Assembly: GCF_016432865.1 (NCBI RefSeq)
Contig: NC_067403.1
Location: forward strand, 218,426,001 to 218,490,000
Source: Antechinus flavipes
Lineage: Eukaryota
DNA length: 64,000 nucleotides
Reading direction: 5' to 3'
Positions 13,481 to 26,740 of the stretch are shown here, in pieces (position 1 is the first letter of the stretch; each line of letters starts with the position of its first letter). Both the position numbers and the translations under genes were made by a program. The notes below the pieces were generated by a model, which did no database searches, had not been told where the DNA came from, and saw nothing but the letters and a program-made list of their open reading frames with translations.

Positions 13481-15124
13481 AAGAATTTGTTGTTTGACAT
13501 GGTCACTCATTACAAGTCTTTTTTTTTCAAGTGGAGGTGATGGAAGAGAGAAAATAAATGCTTGTTAATTTTAAAAATTATAAATAAAATAAAATGAAGA
13601 GGTTGGATTGGATAGCTTGTAAGAGTCCTTCCAGATCTCAATTCATGATCCTATTTTCTCTTTGATGGGCTTAAAAAGAGGTGCTTGGTTTGTTCCTTTC
13701 ATGATTTTCCCCCTTTCTTTTTCCAAGTAAAGCTCAGAGAAATGTGGCTTGATTTTTGATGATACGTGTAGGAGGATGTCAGGATCTTTGCATCAGGATT
13801 TGATGCTTCTGGATCAGACCATATAGGAAAGAACCAAATCTTGTGCTTGCATCCCTGCTCATCAACATTTTCATCTGTTTGGCCTGTTCCTTCTGCAACA
13901 TTATGAATGCAGCCTCTGTGGCCAGTGATGCCATGAAGTGACAAAGGGGAGTTGACAGAGCTGACAGTCAGCATGTTTAACGAAATGTCAGAAGGCAACA
14001 TCATTAACATAGTGCAGTGTCCAATAACTCCAAGCTCCCCATGGACACGGACTGTAAGAGAAATAATTACTTGCCATCACATGCACTTCATCACTTCCAA
14101 ATTTGATTTTACTAATCCACCGCTTTATTTTCTAAGTAATCTCATTACTGCAGTAGAGTTTCTTTTCTTTTTTTAAACATCCTCCCAAGATTTATTGCTA
14201 CAGATCCATAACAGAATTTAGTGAATGTCAAAAGACATGAAGATTACTTAAAGATTATGCTAATATGGGCAAGGGTGTAGAAAGTCATTTGTCCAATAAG
14301 GTTACTCTTTGTATTCATGAAGCAGTGTAGGCTAAAAACAAACTATAATGAAACCTACATTTTTCTTTGAAAATTATCCCATATTTGGGATTTCTATTTG
14401 GAAAATTTCCCAATATTTGGGAATTTTTATGATATAGAGAAAAGGGACAAAATGATGTTGGCTTTGCTTTGTCATTTTTATAAAGTTGTCTTTATGCAAA
14501 CCATCTATTTTCAAGGGAAAGTTTATTATATAGTCTTTTTAAATGCAAATTACTAATGAGAGAAAAAGATGAACATTTTTGATTTCCAGCTGCTCCATGA
14601 CACTACTGAGGAGATGAGCTTTGAAAAATATAATTGATTTCTTCCTCAAGGGTTCCATAATGTTCTCTTCCTCCTAGGAAACTCCAAAGTTTCCAGTCCC
14701 ACCCCTTATACTTACTAGCTGTATTACATGTCATTTTCACATACCATTTATTTCCCCCACCCCTCCACCCCACAAGAAAGAAGGAAGAAAGGAAATGAGA
14801 ATCTGGTAAATACCTGCCTACTCTGTGCTATGCATTATGCCAAGTTCTATGCAAGTATTATTGCATTTGATCCTTTGGATAGCCATTCTCTCCCCTACCC
14901 CCCACCAGGATGAATTCAGCACTCCAAATTTGTAAAAGATTCCATAATAGTAAGCAAAATAAGACAGAATTAAAATCTAAGGGAATTTTTTTACGTGTGT
15001 TATTTGTGTTTAAGAAAATATATACACTGGCATTAAAATCCCAGTTTTTGCTACGGCAAGGAATTATGGAGTTTATTTTTATACTTCTCTTTTATGATTG
15101 TTTATTAGTTTTTTCCTTCTGAAG

Positions 15125-15142
15125 TGGAAATCTCAATAGAAG
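15125..15142 (+). other. Candidate 18-nt microexon (TGGAAATCTCAATAGAAG) of an unidentified gene
   Basis: Acceptor ttttttccttctgaag, donor AG|GTACGT, frame-preserving length, downstream TAAC/ACTAAT motif, and five CpGs in ~210 bp. Confidence 0.4.
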
Positions 15143-15499
15143 GTACGTGTTAACACAGACTAATGAAAATGATAGCATAATCGGTTTGGGATAAATCCGA
15201 CATAGTTTCTCTTATAAGCTTGGTTCTTGGCTGTGGCAATACAGAACAACAAAGAAAGTATTCTCTAGAGTCAGAGGTGATGGGTTCAAATTCCATCTCC
15301 CCTGCTTACTACCTATATGACTTGGACAAGACTCTTTCAACTTCACATCTCATTCAGTTGTCCATGCAGGAAGAAAGGAAGGGAGCAAAGAAAGAGAAGA
15401 GAAAGAAGGGAAGAAAGGGAGTGAAGGAAAAAAGAAAGAAGAAAGGGGAAGAAAGCAAGAAGGGAAGGAAGAAAATTTTAAAAAAATTATTAAGTCCAT

Positions 15500-15715
15500 C
15501 TATTTTTGTTAAGTACTTGAAGAAGTTATCTCATTTGAATCTCCCAATAACTCTGCGAGGCAGGAGCTACAATTATTCTTATTTTAGAATCAAAGAAATT
15601 GAGACAAATCGAGAGTTTCAGTGGTCACTGAGTCACTGGGTCACACAGCTAGTGAGGACATGAGACCAGATTTGATAGGTCTTCCTATCTCCAGATCCAG
15701 TGCTCTGTCCAATAA
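15500..15715 (-). mobile_element. MIR/Mar-like SINE
   Basis: atctcatttgaatctcccaataact...ggtcacacagctagt...agatttga. Confidence 0.75.
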
Positions 15716-18700
15716 TAGTAATATTTTATATGTGCTACATGTTGAGCTAAGCATTCATATATATTATCTTATTAAATAGCTTGCTTTATGCTTGCTGCTC
15801 TGTCCTACTTCTTTCTACTATGGCCAATAACTTCACACTAGCATGGCCAGTAACCTTCTCCCTGGACCTAGATTTCCATATCCTGGACCACCAGAATTTT
15901 TGGTTCTAGTCCCTTGTGTAATCTAATTCACTTTTTGGACTCCCCCCGCTGCCCAGGACCCAATCCACTTCCTAGGAATTAAATCATTTAACCCATTTAT
16001 CTGTTGGTCACTTATCTGCTGGTCACTTATCTGCTGACCAGTCCTATGCAGATACTTTCAAATCCTATATAGTCACTCAGCCTTTGACTCACATCTTCCA
16101 TCTGCCTGATACTACACCAGTAATCTTTACCTGACTACCTCACATCCAATTCTTTCACCTTCCACTCCTTATTCTGGGAGCAAAAATAAAATCAATAGTG
16201 TTATCACTGGTGGAAAGGACACATAATATACACTAACTCACTATGTCTTTCCAGACCAACACTTTCTTCCCTGGCCACCAATATGTGTTATCTTTCTAAA
16301 AGAATGTAAACTTCTTGAAAACAGATTGTCTCTGTTTTTATATTTGTATTCTGAGTGCATTCTACACATAATAAACAGTCTATCAAATGTTTGTCCTTTT
16401 TGGTTAAATTATTATTAAATTTATAAAAAATAAGTATATTTATAAATGTATTAAATTATTATTAAATTTATTCTTTTTAAATTCACTCACTTAATATCCT
16501 TGAGTCACTATATCTTTCTCTGTAAAGGAAGGGGCTGGAATTTATGACCTTTGACACATCTTCTGAATCTATGACCAAAATATATTTTGTTTTTTCTAAG
16601 ATCCTAGAACATATTTAGATTTGGGGTGAATTCTACCATACATCTTCCATGTTCACTCACTAGTTCTGCTGCTCTTGATATTTACAAACACAGAGAAAGA
16701 ACTACATGGTGTAGTGGATGATGTGCTGGATTTGGGAATCAAGAGGACTTGGCTTTGACACTTTTTAGCCAGTTATTTATATCCCCCTTTCTTCATCTGT
16801 AAAATGGAGGTGATAATACCTTTAACATTTACCTCAGAGGGATGTTGGGAAGGATAAAATGTGATTCATTTAACAACCATCTATTAAGTGCCTTCTGTGT
16901 GCAAAGTATCGTACTAGTTACTGAAGAGACAAAGATAAAAACAGAACAGTCCTTGCCTTTAAGGAGCTTACATTCTACTGTATTTTGTTGACCTTAAAAT
17001 GCTCTCTAGATATTAGTGCTTCTGTCCTAACAATTTTTAATGATTCAGTCCTTTCTATGAAGTACTCTATATTCCATTCAATAAATAATTAAAGTCCCTG
17101 TTCTACTGACAATGAGTTGTGTGCACTTGAGCAGATAATTTTTATCTTTTTGGCCTTTTATTTTCTTATGAGAAAATGGGAACATTCTTCTGTATCTAAT
17201 TCATTTTGGTTCAACAAATGTTTACAGAGAATCTAGCATATGCAACATACTATGTGTTGTCTGATTTCTAAATTGTCTTTTTATTCTAATCCTCTAGGAA
17301 AATGAGATCTAAGATCTATGTTATCTCTCTTCAGATTATATAGATTTTTGTGAGAATTTTAATCGACATAATCAAAATTCACAAGAAGACTTGTCATTTG
17401 AAAAAATTTTATGATGGTGAGGGAAATATCAAAGGGCTTTTTGGGTCTCTTTTTTAATATCATGCCATTAGCACACTTACCTATTTTACCTATTCATGAG
17501 ATCAACATTGTATTTTTAAAAATACAGAACTGGATTAAGGAAAAGGTGAAGAAAAATGTCATTTTTTTAAAAAATCAAGGATGAATGGATACCTTAAGAC
17601 TAAAATGATCTTTTATTTTTGAGTAAGAAATACCTTCACAAATTGTAGTCCAAATTGCCTCCATCTGGAGGATGACAGATACTCCAAAATTCTATTTCCC
17701 CAATGAGATATCATATTTTTATTGATACAGGTATTCCTTCCAATGAGGCACCTCATGACACATTCATGTCCCCTACCTATTGGATAGACCTTTTTGTAAG
17801 TTCTTCAGTTGCTACTGAGCAACCTTTCTCACTTTTTTTTCTCCTTGGTAACTTGTCTTTATTGGTAAATAAAAGAGTTCAAATTCTATCAGTCTATTAG
17901 ATCTAGATGACTGAAGACCACCAGATAGACCATGCTTCCAATCCTATGCAATCAGCTATATGGATCATTTTGTCATACACCTATCACTGCATACTTCCTG
18001 CTTTTGATTTCTTCTTCATTACTCACTCAGATCTCAGTTATTAAATCGATAGTATATGACTATGAAATCATTGTTCTAGAAAGGAGGTATCAAATGACAG
18101 GCTCATGGATCAACTCCCCATCACTCTGACACTCCAGATGCTCCCTTTTCTGTTTATCACTCTTATGTATAAATATGTACAGATAATATTATTATTAATT
18201 AAATATTAAAATTAAATTATACATAATATTATTAGATTGTAAAATCCTTGAGGAGAGGAATTGTCTCATTATTGTATCTATATCTCACAAATACTTAGAG
18301 AAATGTCCAGTGACTTAAGAAATATCTAATTTATTGTGGTTCAGCAAATATTTACTGAATATTTGGCATAGGCCATAAACTGCATGCTATCAGATTTTTA
18401 AGTTGTCTCCTCATTCTATAAGTCTAGGCTTATGAGATCTAAGACATCTCTAAGGAGTATTTAGATGCTTATAAAGATTTTAATTGGAGAGTTTAAATAT
18501 TAATGGGAAGATTTCATATGATGAAATTTCATGCTACTGGAGGAGGAAATAATGGAGGACCTTCCTGAGCTACACTTAAATTTTGCTAGTAGTGTACTCA
18601 CCTACTTTTTCTATTCATGAGACCAGTATTGTATTTAACAATAAGCATTATTCTTAAATAGTAATTATTAAATAAATAAAAACATTTAAATAATATATAA

Positions 18701-18885
18701 CATTATTTATATGTAACATACATAATATATAAACAAATATAAAAAACAAAAAATGAAAGCATTTAATAAAATATTTATATAAATAAGAAGCACTTAATAA
18801 GTGCTTAACATTGATTATATGTATAGAAAAATATTTTTCTTGATATTTATATATATTTAAATACATATACTTACATAAATACACA

Positions 18886-19025
18886 NNNNNNNNNNNNNNN
18901 NNNNNNNNNNNNNNNNNNNNNNNNNNNNNNNNNNNNNNNNNNNNNNNNNNNNNNNNNNNNNNNNNNNNNNNNNNNNNNNNNNNNNNNNNNNNNNNNNNNN
19001 NNNNNNNNNNNNNNNNNNNNNNNNN
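18886..19025. other. Assembly gap
   Basis: Run of N next to an AT-rich low-complexity tract. Confidence 1.
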
Positions 19026-20669
19026 ATTGAGAAAGTACTATATCTAATTTTCAGAAGGGTGGAATACAGATATGAAGGGTATTTTGTTGTTAGTAGAATG
19101 GGTGTTCCAGAGGGTGTTCCAGAGGGAAACAGGAAGGATGGGGATGAGGTAGTTTGATAGTTGTGAGGTATTTCTACTGGAACTGGTAAGAAAGGAAACT
19201 TGGTTTAGGAAGTCTAAAACTCAGGATCTCATGGATTATAAGTGAAGTCTTAAGAGTAGTAGATAGTCACATTTTTTATCAGAGCAACAATAATACTGAT
19301 GAGATTATTGATCCTTAATAAAGAGATGTAGGAGGATATATTGGGAGAAGGTAACTATATACTGGAATAAGAGGGCCGATTATTATGGTTAAAGGTAAAA
19401 TTGTGAAGAATGACAAGAAACATGATGTCTAGTTGTGGAGAGAAACCTGACAATATATCATTATAGTCATCATTGTCATCATCATCACTGATGTTTATAC
19501 GGCACATTACAGAGTGCAAAGCACTTTATATCTCATATGATCTTCACAAGCCCCCTGTTTTACAGATAAATGTGTAGAGGAGGCATTTGACTTGCCCAGG
19601 ATCATACAACTACAAAATATGACAATGTATGAAACAAAGAACGATTAAATGTTATTCTTGATGATATTCGTTAACAGTGCAATAAAAATTCAGAGAAGGA
19701 AATCAGCATCAATTAAATTATCAAGGGATAATTCATGGAAATAGTACTTAAAATTAGATATTAAAAAAAACTTTTTTAAATTAGATATTCCTTAAAGTAT
19801 GGTAAATATCAATAGGGGTAGCATGTCCAGTGAGCTGATCTCAGAGACTAGAAGACCTTGTTCAGGTTCAGGTTACATACATTGTCTGTGTTATCCTGGG
19901 GCAAGTGATTAACCTCTTAGTGTCCAAGGCAACTCTTCAAGACGATAAATTGCAAAGAAGGTAACTTCTTGTTGATATAAATTTCGCTTATCTGGAAATT
20001 CTCTTTGTCAATGACATTAAAGGTTCATTTCTTATTCCTACTTTGAATAAGCCATAAGTGGAGGACTTAACTAATAGAATATTGAACTTTTATAGATATT
20101 TATATTCCAGAATTCCAAAATAAAACTGAATTATTGAATTATTTAATCATGGACATTGTGTACCTCTCTTCTTTTTCCTGTATCAAAGAATCCTGATGAA
20201 ACTTTTAAAAGTCACAGAAAATATTAATTTTTCAATGGCTTAGTTATTTTGAAAGTCAGGAATAGCAATAAAATTGAATATAATCTCATTAGGGACTCCT
20301 ATTCCTCCCTTTTCTCCCTCCAACCCATTCCACTACTGTGAAAATTCATTCATCTTTAGGAAATCTCATTATCTCCACCAGATTCTTTTTCTCTTTGCTC
20401 CACATAAATATTATCTAATACAAAACTTGTCTCTGTGACCTTGAACAGAACAGGGTAAAGGCAACCTTTATGAAATCTTAATATAATTTTAATTCATAGC
20501 TAGACAGATATTCCTAATATTGTCTGGCAAGCTTGCTATTTTGACAGGTCATTTCTAATTATCTCTAAGGAAAAATCTAGATTCCCAATTCTGTCGTTGT
20601 ACTAGGAACTTGCTGAATTAATAATAGGTCACAGAATCTTAAGAGTTAGAAAAGACTTCTGAAATTATT

Positions 20670-20920
20670 GTTATAATAACTGGGATTTATATATGGCTTT
20701 AAACTTTGCAATGGGCTTTACATATGTTATCTCATTTCATCTTTACACGGATTCTGTGAGCTAAGTGCTATCATTAATCCCATTTTACAGATGAGATCCA
20801 AGGCAGTGAGATGTTAAGTACCCTATCCAAAATCACAGAAATTAAGGGTCTGAGATAGAATTTGAATTCCACTATTCCTTACTCTAAATCTGACACTCCC
20901 GCCACTGTACCATCTAGCTT
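20670..20920 (-). mobile_element. MIR SINE
   Basis: atctcatttcatctttac...cccattttacagatgag...gaatttgaattc. Confidence 0.8.
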
Positions 20921-21681
20921 TTTAATTTCCAACTCAGGGAAAAAAATCTCTTAGAAAACACAACTGAATTTTTTTTTAGAGGCCAGAATCATTGAAAGTT
21001 ACTGAATCAGTTCTTTCATTCCCAAAGGATATGGTTCATGTGGATCAGATGATTAGAAATATAAGGGGCATTCAATTACTCTTACTGTCTTATTTATCTT
21101 GGATACCTGGGACTTGCTATTGTTCTCGCCTTCATATTGCAAATATCTTTTCTTTAACCGAGAAAGTGGAAACAAAATAAGTATTAAGCAGTTACACTTT
21201 TTCTATTATACTTTAGCCTCTACCCTAAATAGTTCAATCCTGTCTTTGATCTTCATCTCAACATAGAAAACAAACAAAAAATTTACCATTTTGGAGGGAG
21301 AGTTTGTATGTTTTGCAAGTGAAAAAAAATGAGATGCAACAAACTCAAATCAATAACAAGAATTGGTTAAATACCATATAAGATACTAAGAAAGCACAAT
21401 ACCCCATGCCCCCATGGAGCTTATATTCTATAAGGAGAGACAGATACCAAATATGTCTATCAATGCATACAAAATAAATACAAGGTGATTTGGATGGGGA
21501 AGATCACTAGCACCTAGGGAAGAGGGCAAATCAAAATACTTCATGTAGAACATTTTATTGAATTGAGTCCTGGAAGATAGTATGGATTTGAAGAGTCTAG
21601 CTAGGTGGTACAGTAGCTAAAATGCTAGATGTGGGATCAGAAAGATCAGTACTAGCCTGGCTTAGAGAGTTGTAAACTATT

Positions 21682-21873
21682 CATGGCATCTTAAACTTCC
21701 TTTACTCGTGATCCCTTTTCACCCAAGAAATTTTTATGTGATCCCAGGTATACAGGTATATAAAATAGATAGACAAATCAAACACTCTATGATAATAAAA
21801 TATAATTTCACAACCCCCATATTCAGTTATGAGATCCTGTATGGGATTGTGACTCACAGTTTAAGAATCTGGG
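21682..21873. mobile_element. hAT-type MITE inserted in a SINE
   Basis: Imperfect TIRs catggcatcttaaact / agtttaagaatctg. The host SINE rejoins as aaacta|gctatgtgacc. The TSD is degenerate. Confidence 0.6.
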
Positions 21874-22229
21874 AGCTATGTGACCCTGGGCTTGATTTCC
21901 CTCATGTGCAATCTGAGTTGTTAAATATATCTATATGTCTTCTAAGCTTGTAACTTGTAACTCTCAATCAACGATCCCATGGAGAGTGAAAATCAAACAT
22001 CATTTATGAAGAATAGTAAGAAAGTCAGTCTGGTTGGACTATAGAGTATATGATGAAGAGTAACATTAGAGTTGTAAAGGTAGGTTGAAGCTAGATAATG
22101 AAGGGCATTAAAGGCCAGAGAAGGTTATAGTTTCTCCTAGATACATCAGGGAGCCAATGGTATTTATTGAATAGGAGAATGACATGGTTAAAAGAAATTA
22201 AATTTCTTGTCTGGGGTCCTCCGTAGGAT

Positions 22230-22410
22230 CTCGTACCTTCATATTTAGCTGACAATCCCCTAAAACCCCCAAATCTTTTTAAGCATGAATTGTCATTTTG
22301 AATATTGTCTGATAAAAGTGACCCATTTGTTGGATCTTACAAACATTTCTGTTATTCAGAGATTTGGGGAAAAGAGTAGTTTCTAAAGGCATTTGACCTG
22401 TAATAAAAGA
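22230..22410 (-). mobile_element. L3/CR1 RT fragment
   Basis: Minus strand aaaaagatttgggggttttaggggattgtcagctaaatatga resembles the CR1 KDLGVxVDxxLNM segment. Confidence 0.55.
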
Positions 22411-23646
22411 ATACTTATGCCCTTGGATTTATTTTTTTATTCCCTGAATGAATCTGCTGGAGCATTCAGTATGGGACCTCAAATTCATACTTTCTACAAA
22501 TCATAACTGATTTAATCATTTTAACTCAATTGGCAGGTCAGTTGAGTCATGAAACTGGTCAACCAAGTAATTCTTACTGAATTGGTTGACATTTGGCCAG
22601 CTAGTTCAGACAAAACAGACAAAACAAAATAGTGTAGATAAATATAGCTTCAGGCTTTTAGGTTCAAATATAAAATCAGCACTGTGCACAAAAAATTACA
22701 GAATTTTAGGCTTTGTTAAAGGGGATCATTTCATTGAGTCCTGTTTTGGTTATGTTCAATTCTGAGCATCATATTTTTTGAAGGACATTGAAAAGCATCC
22801 AGAAGAAGGGAGCTTGGATCACACAGGCTTTTGAAGACCAATGGTGGGAGCAAGGCATGCTTAGTACAAGAAGGAAAAACTTGGAGTTGACAGGACAGTG
22901 GCTCAACTATCTGATGCATTGTCAGATGAAAGAAGTAGTACATTTGTTTTGCTTGGCTCTAAAACAGGTGCGAGGAACCTTTTTCTGCCAAGGGTCTTCA
23001 AATATTTATAATATCATTCAAGAGCCATACAAAATTATCAATTTATAGAACTCAAGCACCGAGAGGTTGTTTTACCTAACTTTCAGCTCATTATCTCCTG
23101 TGTCTTGTGATGTCTTATGATTATGTAAATGATTTTGCAGGCAAGCATTCCCTACCCCTACTCTAGAGGGTAGATCAAGGAGCAAGGGATGGATACCATG
23201 AAGAGACCATTGTAGATCTGATATTAAAGCAATCAATCAAACAAACTTTCCAAGAATTGGAGCTCTCCACAATAATTGTATAAATATGTATGCATATATT
23301 GGATTTAACATATATTTCTACCGTGTTTAACATATATTGGACTAGTTGCCATCTAGGGGAGAGGATGGAGGAAGGGGGGAAATTGGAACACAAGGGCTAA
23401 TGTTGAAAAATTGTCCACACATGTTTTGAAAAATAAAAAGCTTTAATTAAAATAAAATTGGAGCTCTCTTGAATTGCCTTTAAATGCCTGCTGTGGATAT
23501 TTAGGACGATACGTCTCTTAGACAATTTAACCCAATTTATGCTAGCGAGTTTCCTCAGAGATTATCATCAATTTACCCCATGTATATCTTATCTTCTATG
23601 TACAAAGTTGCATGTTGTTTCACCCATTAAAATGTGAGTTCTTGAA

Positions 23647-24095
23647 GCTAAATGGAATAGAAAAAGAGAACATTGTACACAGCAACAAATAGTTTATATG
23701 ATGATCAACTCTGATGGACGTGGCTCTTTTCAACAATGAGGTGATTCAGGCCATTCCAACAGACTTGTGATGGAGAGAGAGCCATCTGCATTCAGAGACA
23801 GGACTGTGGGGACTAAGAATAGATCACAACATAGTATTTTCATCTTTCTTCCTTTTGCTTGCTTGTTTTTTCCTCATTTTTTTCCTTTTTGATCTGATTT
23901 TTCTTGTGCAGCATGATAAATGTGGAAATATGTTTAGAAGAATTGCACATTTAACTTATATTGGATTACTTGCTGTCTATGAGACACAGTTGGGGGGAAA
24001 GAAGGGAGAAAAATTTGGAACATAAGGTTTTGCAAGGGTGAATGTTGAAAACTATTTTTATGTGTATTTTAAAAATAAAAAGCTATTATTTAAAA
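23647..24095 (+). mobile_element. L1 3' end inserted in an L2 tail
   Basis: L1 3' UTR and AATAAA tail, with approximate TSD atgtgagttcttgaag / atgaattctttgaag. Confidence 0.8.
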
Positions 24096-24204
24096 ACATG
24101 AATTCTTTGAAGGCACGGTCTTTTTTGTCTTTTTTTTTTTATCTCCAGCACCTGGAACACAATGCCTGGAACACAGAATGAGATGAATAATTGGATTGAC
24201 TGAC

Positions 24205-24370
24205 TAGAATGAGCTTAGTAGTAAGTGATGATTTCCTCCTCCTTAGGCATATTCAAGCAAAGACTGAAAAGCCATTAGTTGGGTACATGACATGAGAGAT
24301 TCTTTTGCAGGTATTAGTTGGAATTGATGATCATTAAGTTCTTTTTTCAACATAGAAATTCTGTCATTTT
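24205..24370 (+). mobile_element. L3/CR1 3' end
   Basis: ttcaagcaaagactg...gccatt.gttggg...ttcaacat.gaaattctgt pattern. Confidence 0.65.
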
Positions 24371-24550
24371 ATAAAATGAATAAAATTCTCCAAAGGGGGG
24401 AAAAACATGTGAAGAAAAGAGCAATGGGCCATAGTCTAAGAACTGAAAAATGGCTTAGTTAGGAAGGAAGAAAAAGAAAGCTTATTTAGACAAGAATAGA
24501 GACCATGTAGGACCTTATGGTCATGTTTTAGCCTCTCTGGATCTCACTAT

Positions 24551-24792
24551 TTGTTCTTGTTGAGTTATTTCAGTCATGTCTGACTCTCTGTGACACCATT
24601 TGGGATTTTCTTGGCAAAGATACTACAGTTATTTGTCATTTCTTTCTCCAGTTCACTTTACAGATAAGGAACTGAAGCAAACAGGCTTAAGTGACTTGCT
24701 CAGGATCACTTAAGTGTCTAAAGCTGAAGTTGAACCTCAGGTCCTTTCAATTCTAGGGCTGGAGCGCTATTCACTGCACCACCCAGTTGCCC
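24551..24792 (-). mobile_element. Marsupial CORE-SINE (long form)
   Basis: ttcagtcatgtctgactctctgtgac...ttttcttggcaaagatact...aagtgacttgc...cactgcaccacccagttgcc. Confidence 0.85.
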
Positions 24793-25939
24793 TTGGCTCT
24801 CAGCATCCTCAAGTGTAAAACAAGTAAATTGAACCTGATAATCTCTAAGTTTCTAGACATGCTTATATGATGCTTATATTATTTATGCTTATGCATCTGT
24901 AATGTCTGGCTCCCTCTCAATTAATCAGAGATGCTGCTTCAGCCTCTTATTTATTTTTAGTTTATTGGGTTTATTCCTTCTAGGCAAGACTTGGAATGTT
25001 AACGGGATCTTTGTACAAGGAATACTTGGGCTCAACACAATGTCTCTCTAATAGTGGACCTTTCAATTATGTTGATATTTTATTTGAGGACATTTTTGAG
25101 AGGCATATAATGTTCTGCATTCAGTGCCCCTCAACTCAGACTGCATAATCACTTACCTACTTGGCCCAAACAAGTAGGGTACTATTCCAAATACAAGAAG
25201 TATATTGAGCTTGCAATCACACCCCTGGCTCGCTGCCATTTTAGCATCTCTCTTGCCAGATTTCATAGCAGGATTTTGTGTATTTTGAGATGTTCCATTG
25301 CATTTGCCAAACAGACGGCTCTCCTCCCCTTCAAGCAGAAACTTAGAATTCAAAATAAACACACCCATAGAGAGAGACATTACAATTGAGGGACTAGAAG
25401 TCTGACTCGAAATCTGGTCCAACTCTAGACACTGGTTTTCTCACCTATAGAAGGCCCCAAATTATGCATAACCTTTCTAAGATGCATCTGGATATGATAG
25501 AATTGTCTAAGAAGAAGGGGGGAAAGTAGGAAATGATAAGCAAAAACACCTGAGCTTGAGTTTGGGAAGCCACTACATTGGAAATGAATATTCTGGTGCA
25601 CTCTAGTGGCAGAAGATAGACCAGGAGATGTGAAGGAGTGCCGTAGATAGTGATTATATTTTGAAGAATTTATGATTGTAAATTGTGGATTTTGAAACAT
25701 GTCAAAATTGCTGCTAAGCATGTGAGGGCAAAGGGAATCTTACAAGTCATTGCTACAGCAAAAGATTGATTTTCCTTTATATAACAGGAAGCTAATAATA
25801 GGGGTTGATCTTTTACAATCTTTTTGAGTTTACAAAATTCTTTCCCCTCCATTATCTCACTTAACCCATTCATCACCAATGGTGTGATATGTAATATGGG
25901 CATTAGCCCCATTTTAGAGGGGAGGAAATCAATAAATCA

Positions 25940-26299
25940 TTTCAATCAACCAGCATTTATTTAGAACCTATTATAAGGAGACATTGTGCTTGATGTTAGA
26001 GCACAAAACCAGAAATCACATAAGAGCTGCCCTCAAAGACTTCACTTGCTATTGGAAGAGGTAACAAGACCCTAATTAAATAGATGCAAATTAATATAAA
26101 GTAACTTTTGTAGGGGAGGAGGAAGAATACTTGTGGGATACTATCATCTGTGTGTGTGAGGGAGTTTGAGATCAGGAATGAATAAAAAGTCACTTGAGCA
26201 GGATTTTGAGGTAAATGAGATTCTAAGAGATGGAAGTGGGGTAAAAGGTCATTCCATGCATGGGGAAAAGCTAATTCAAAGGTATTTATTGTGACAGGT

Positions 26300-26370
<71 letters not shown>

Positions 26371-26740
26371 AAAGAGATGAACTATAAGAATACAAGAAGA
26401 CCATTCCATTTTTTTGGGGGGGGAGGGTGGAACCAAGCAGTTTTTTTTTTATTTTTAAATAGTATTTCATTTTTTCCCAATTCCATTTAAAGATAGCTTT
26501 CAACACTCACTTTTATAAGATCTTCAGTTCCATATTAAGAAGAATAATTTGGCTGAACTGTAATGTGTAGGAAGAGGAGTTAGGTGTCATAAGGGTGGAA
26601 AGATAGCTTGGGATCAGATTAGGAAGAGTATTTTAGCAACTAAATAAAGGAGCTTACTTTAATTCTAAAGACAATAGGGAGTCATTGGATTTAATGAGGG
26701 TGGGAGTGAAATAGTCATACCTGCACTTTAAGAAAAATCA
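25940..26740 (-). mobile_element. L2 3' region interrupted by a microsatellite and a short L1 tail
   Basis: tcaatcaaccagcatttatt...ctgccctcaaaga...ttctaagagatggaag pattern continues after 26480. Confidence 0.65.
26298..26367. repeat. (GT)n(GA)n compound microsatellite
   Basis: Direct reading. Confidence 0.98.

Noticed and set aside
13699-14176. ORFs of 103 and 74 aa in the unique block
   Set aside because: No recognisable domain, and the other frames are closed. A regulatory interpretation is more plausible.
15220-15663. 147-aa plus-strand ORF
   Set aside because: It runs through a MIR fragment, a GAA-rich tract and another SINE, so it is not protein-like.
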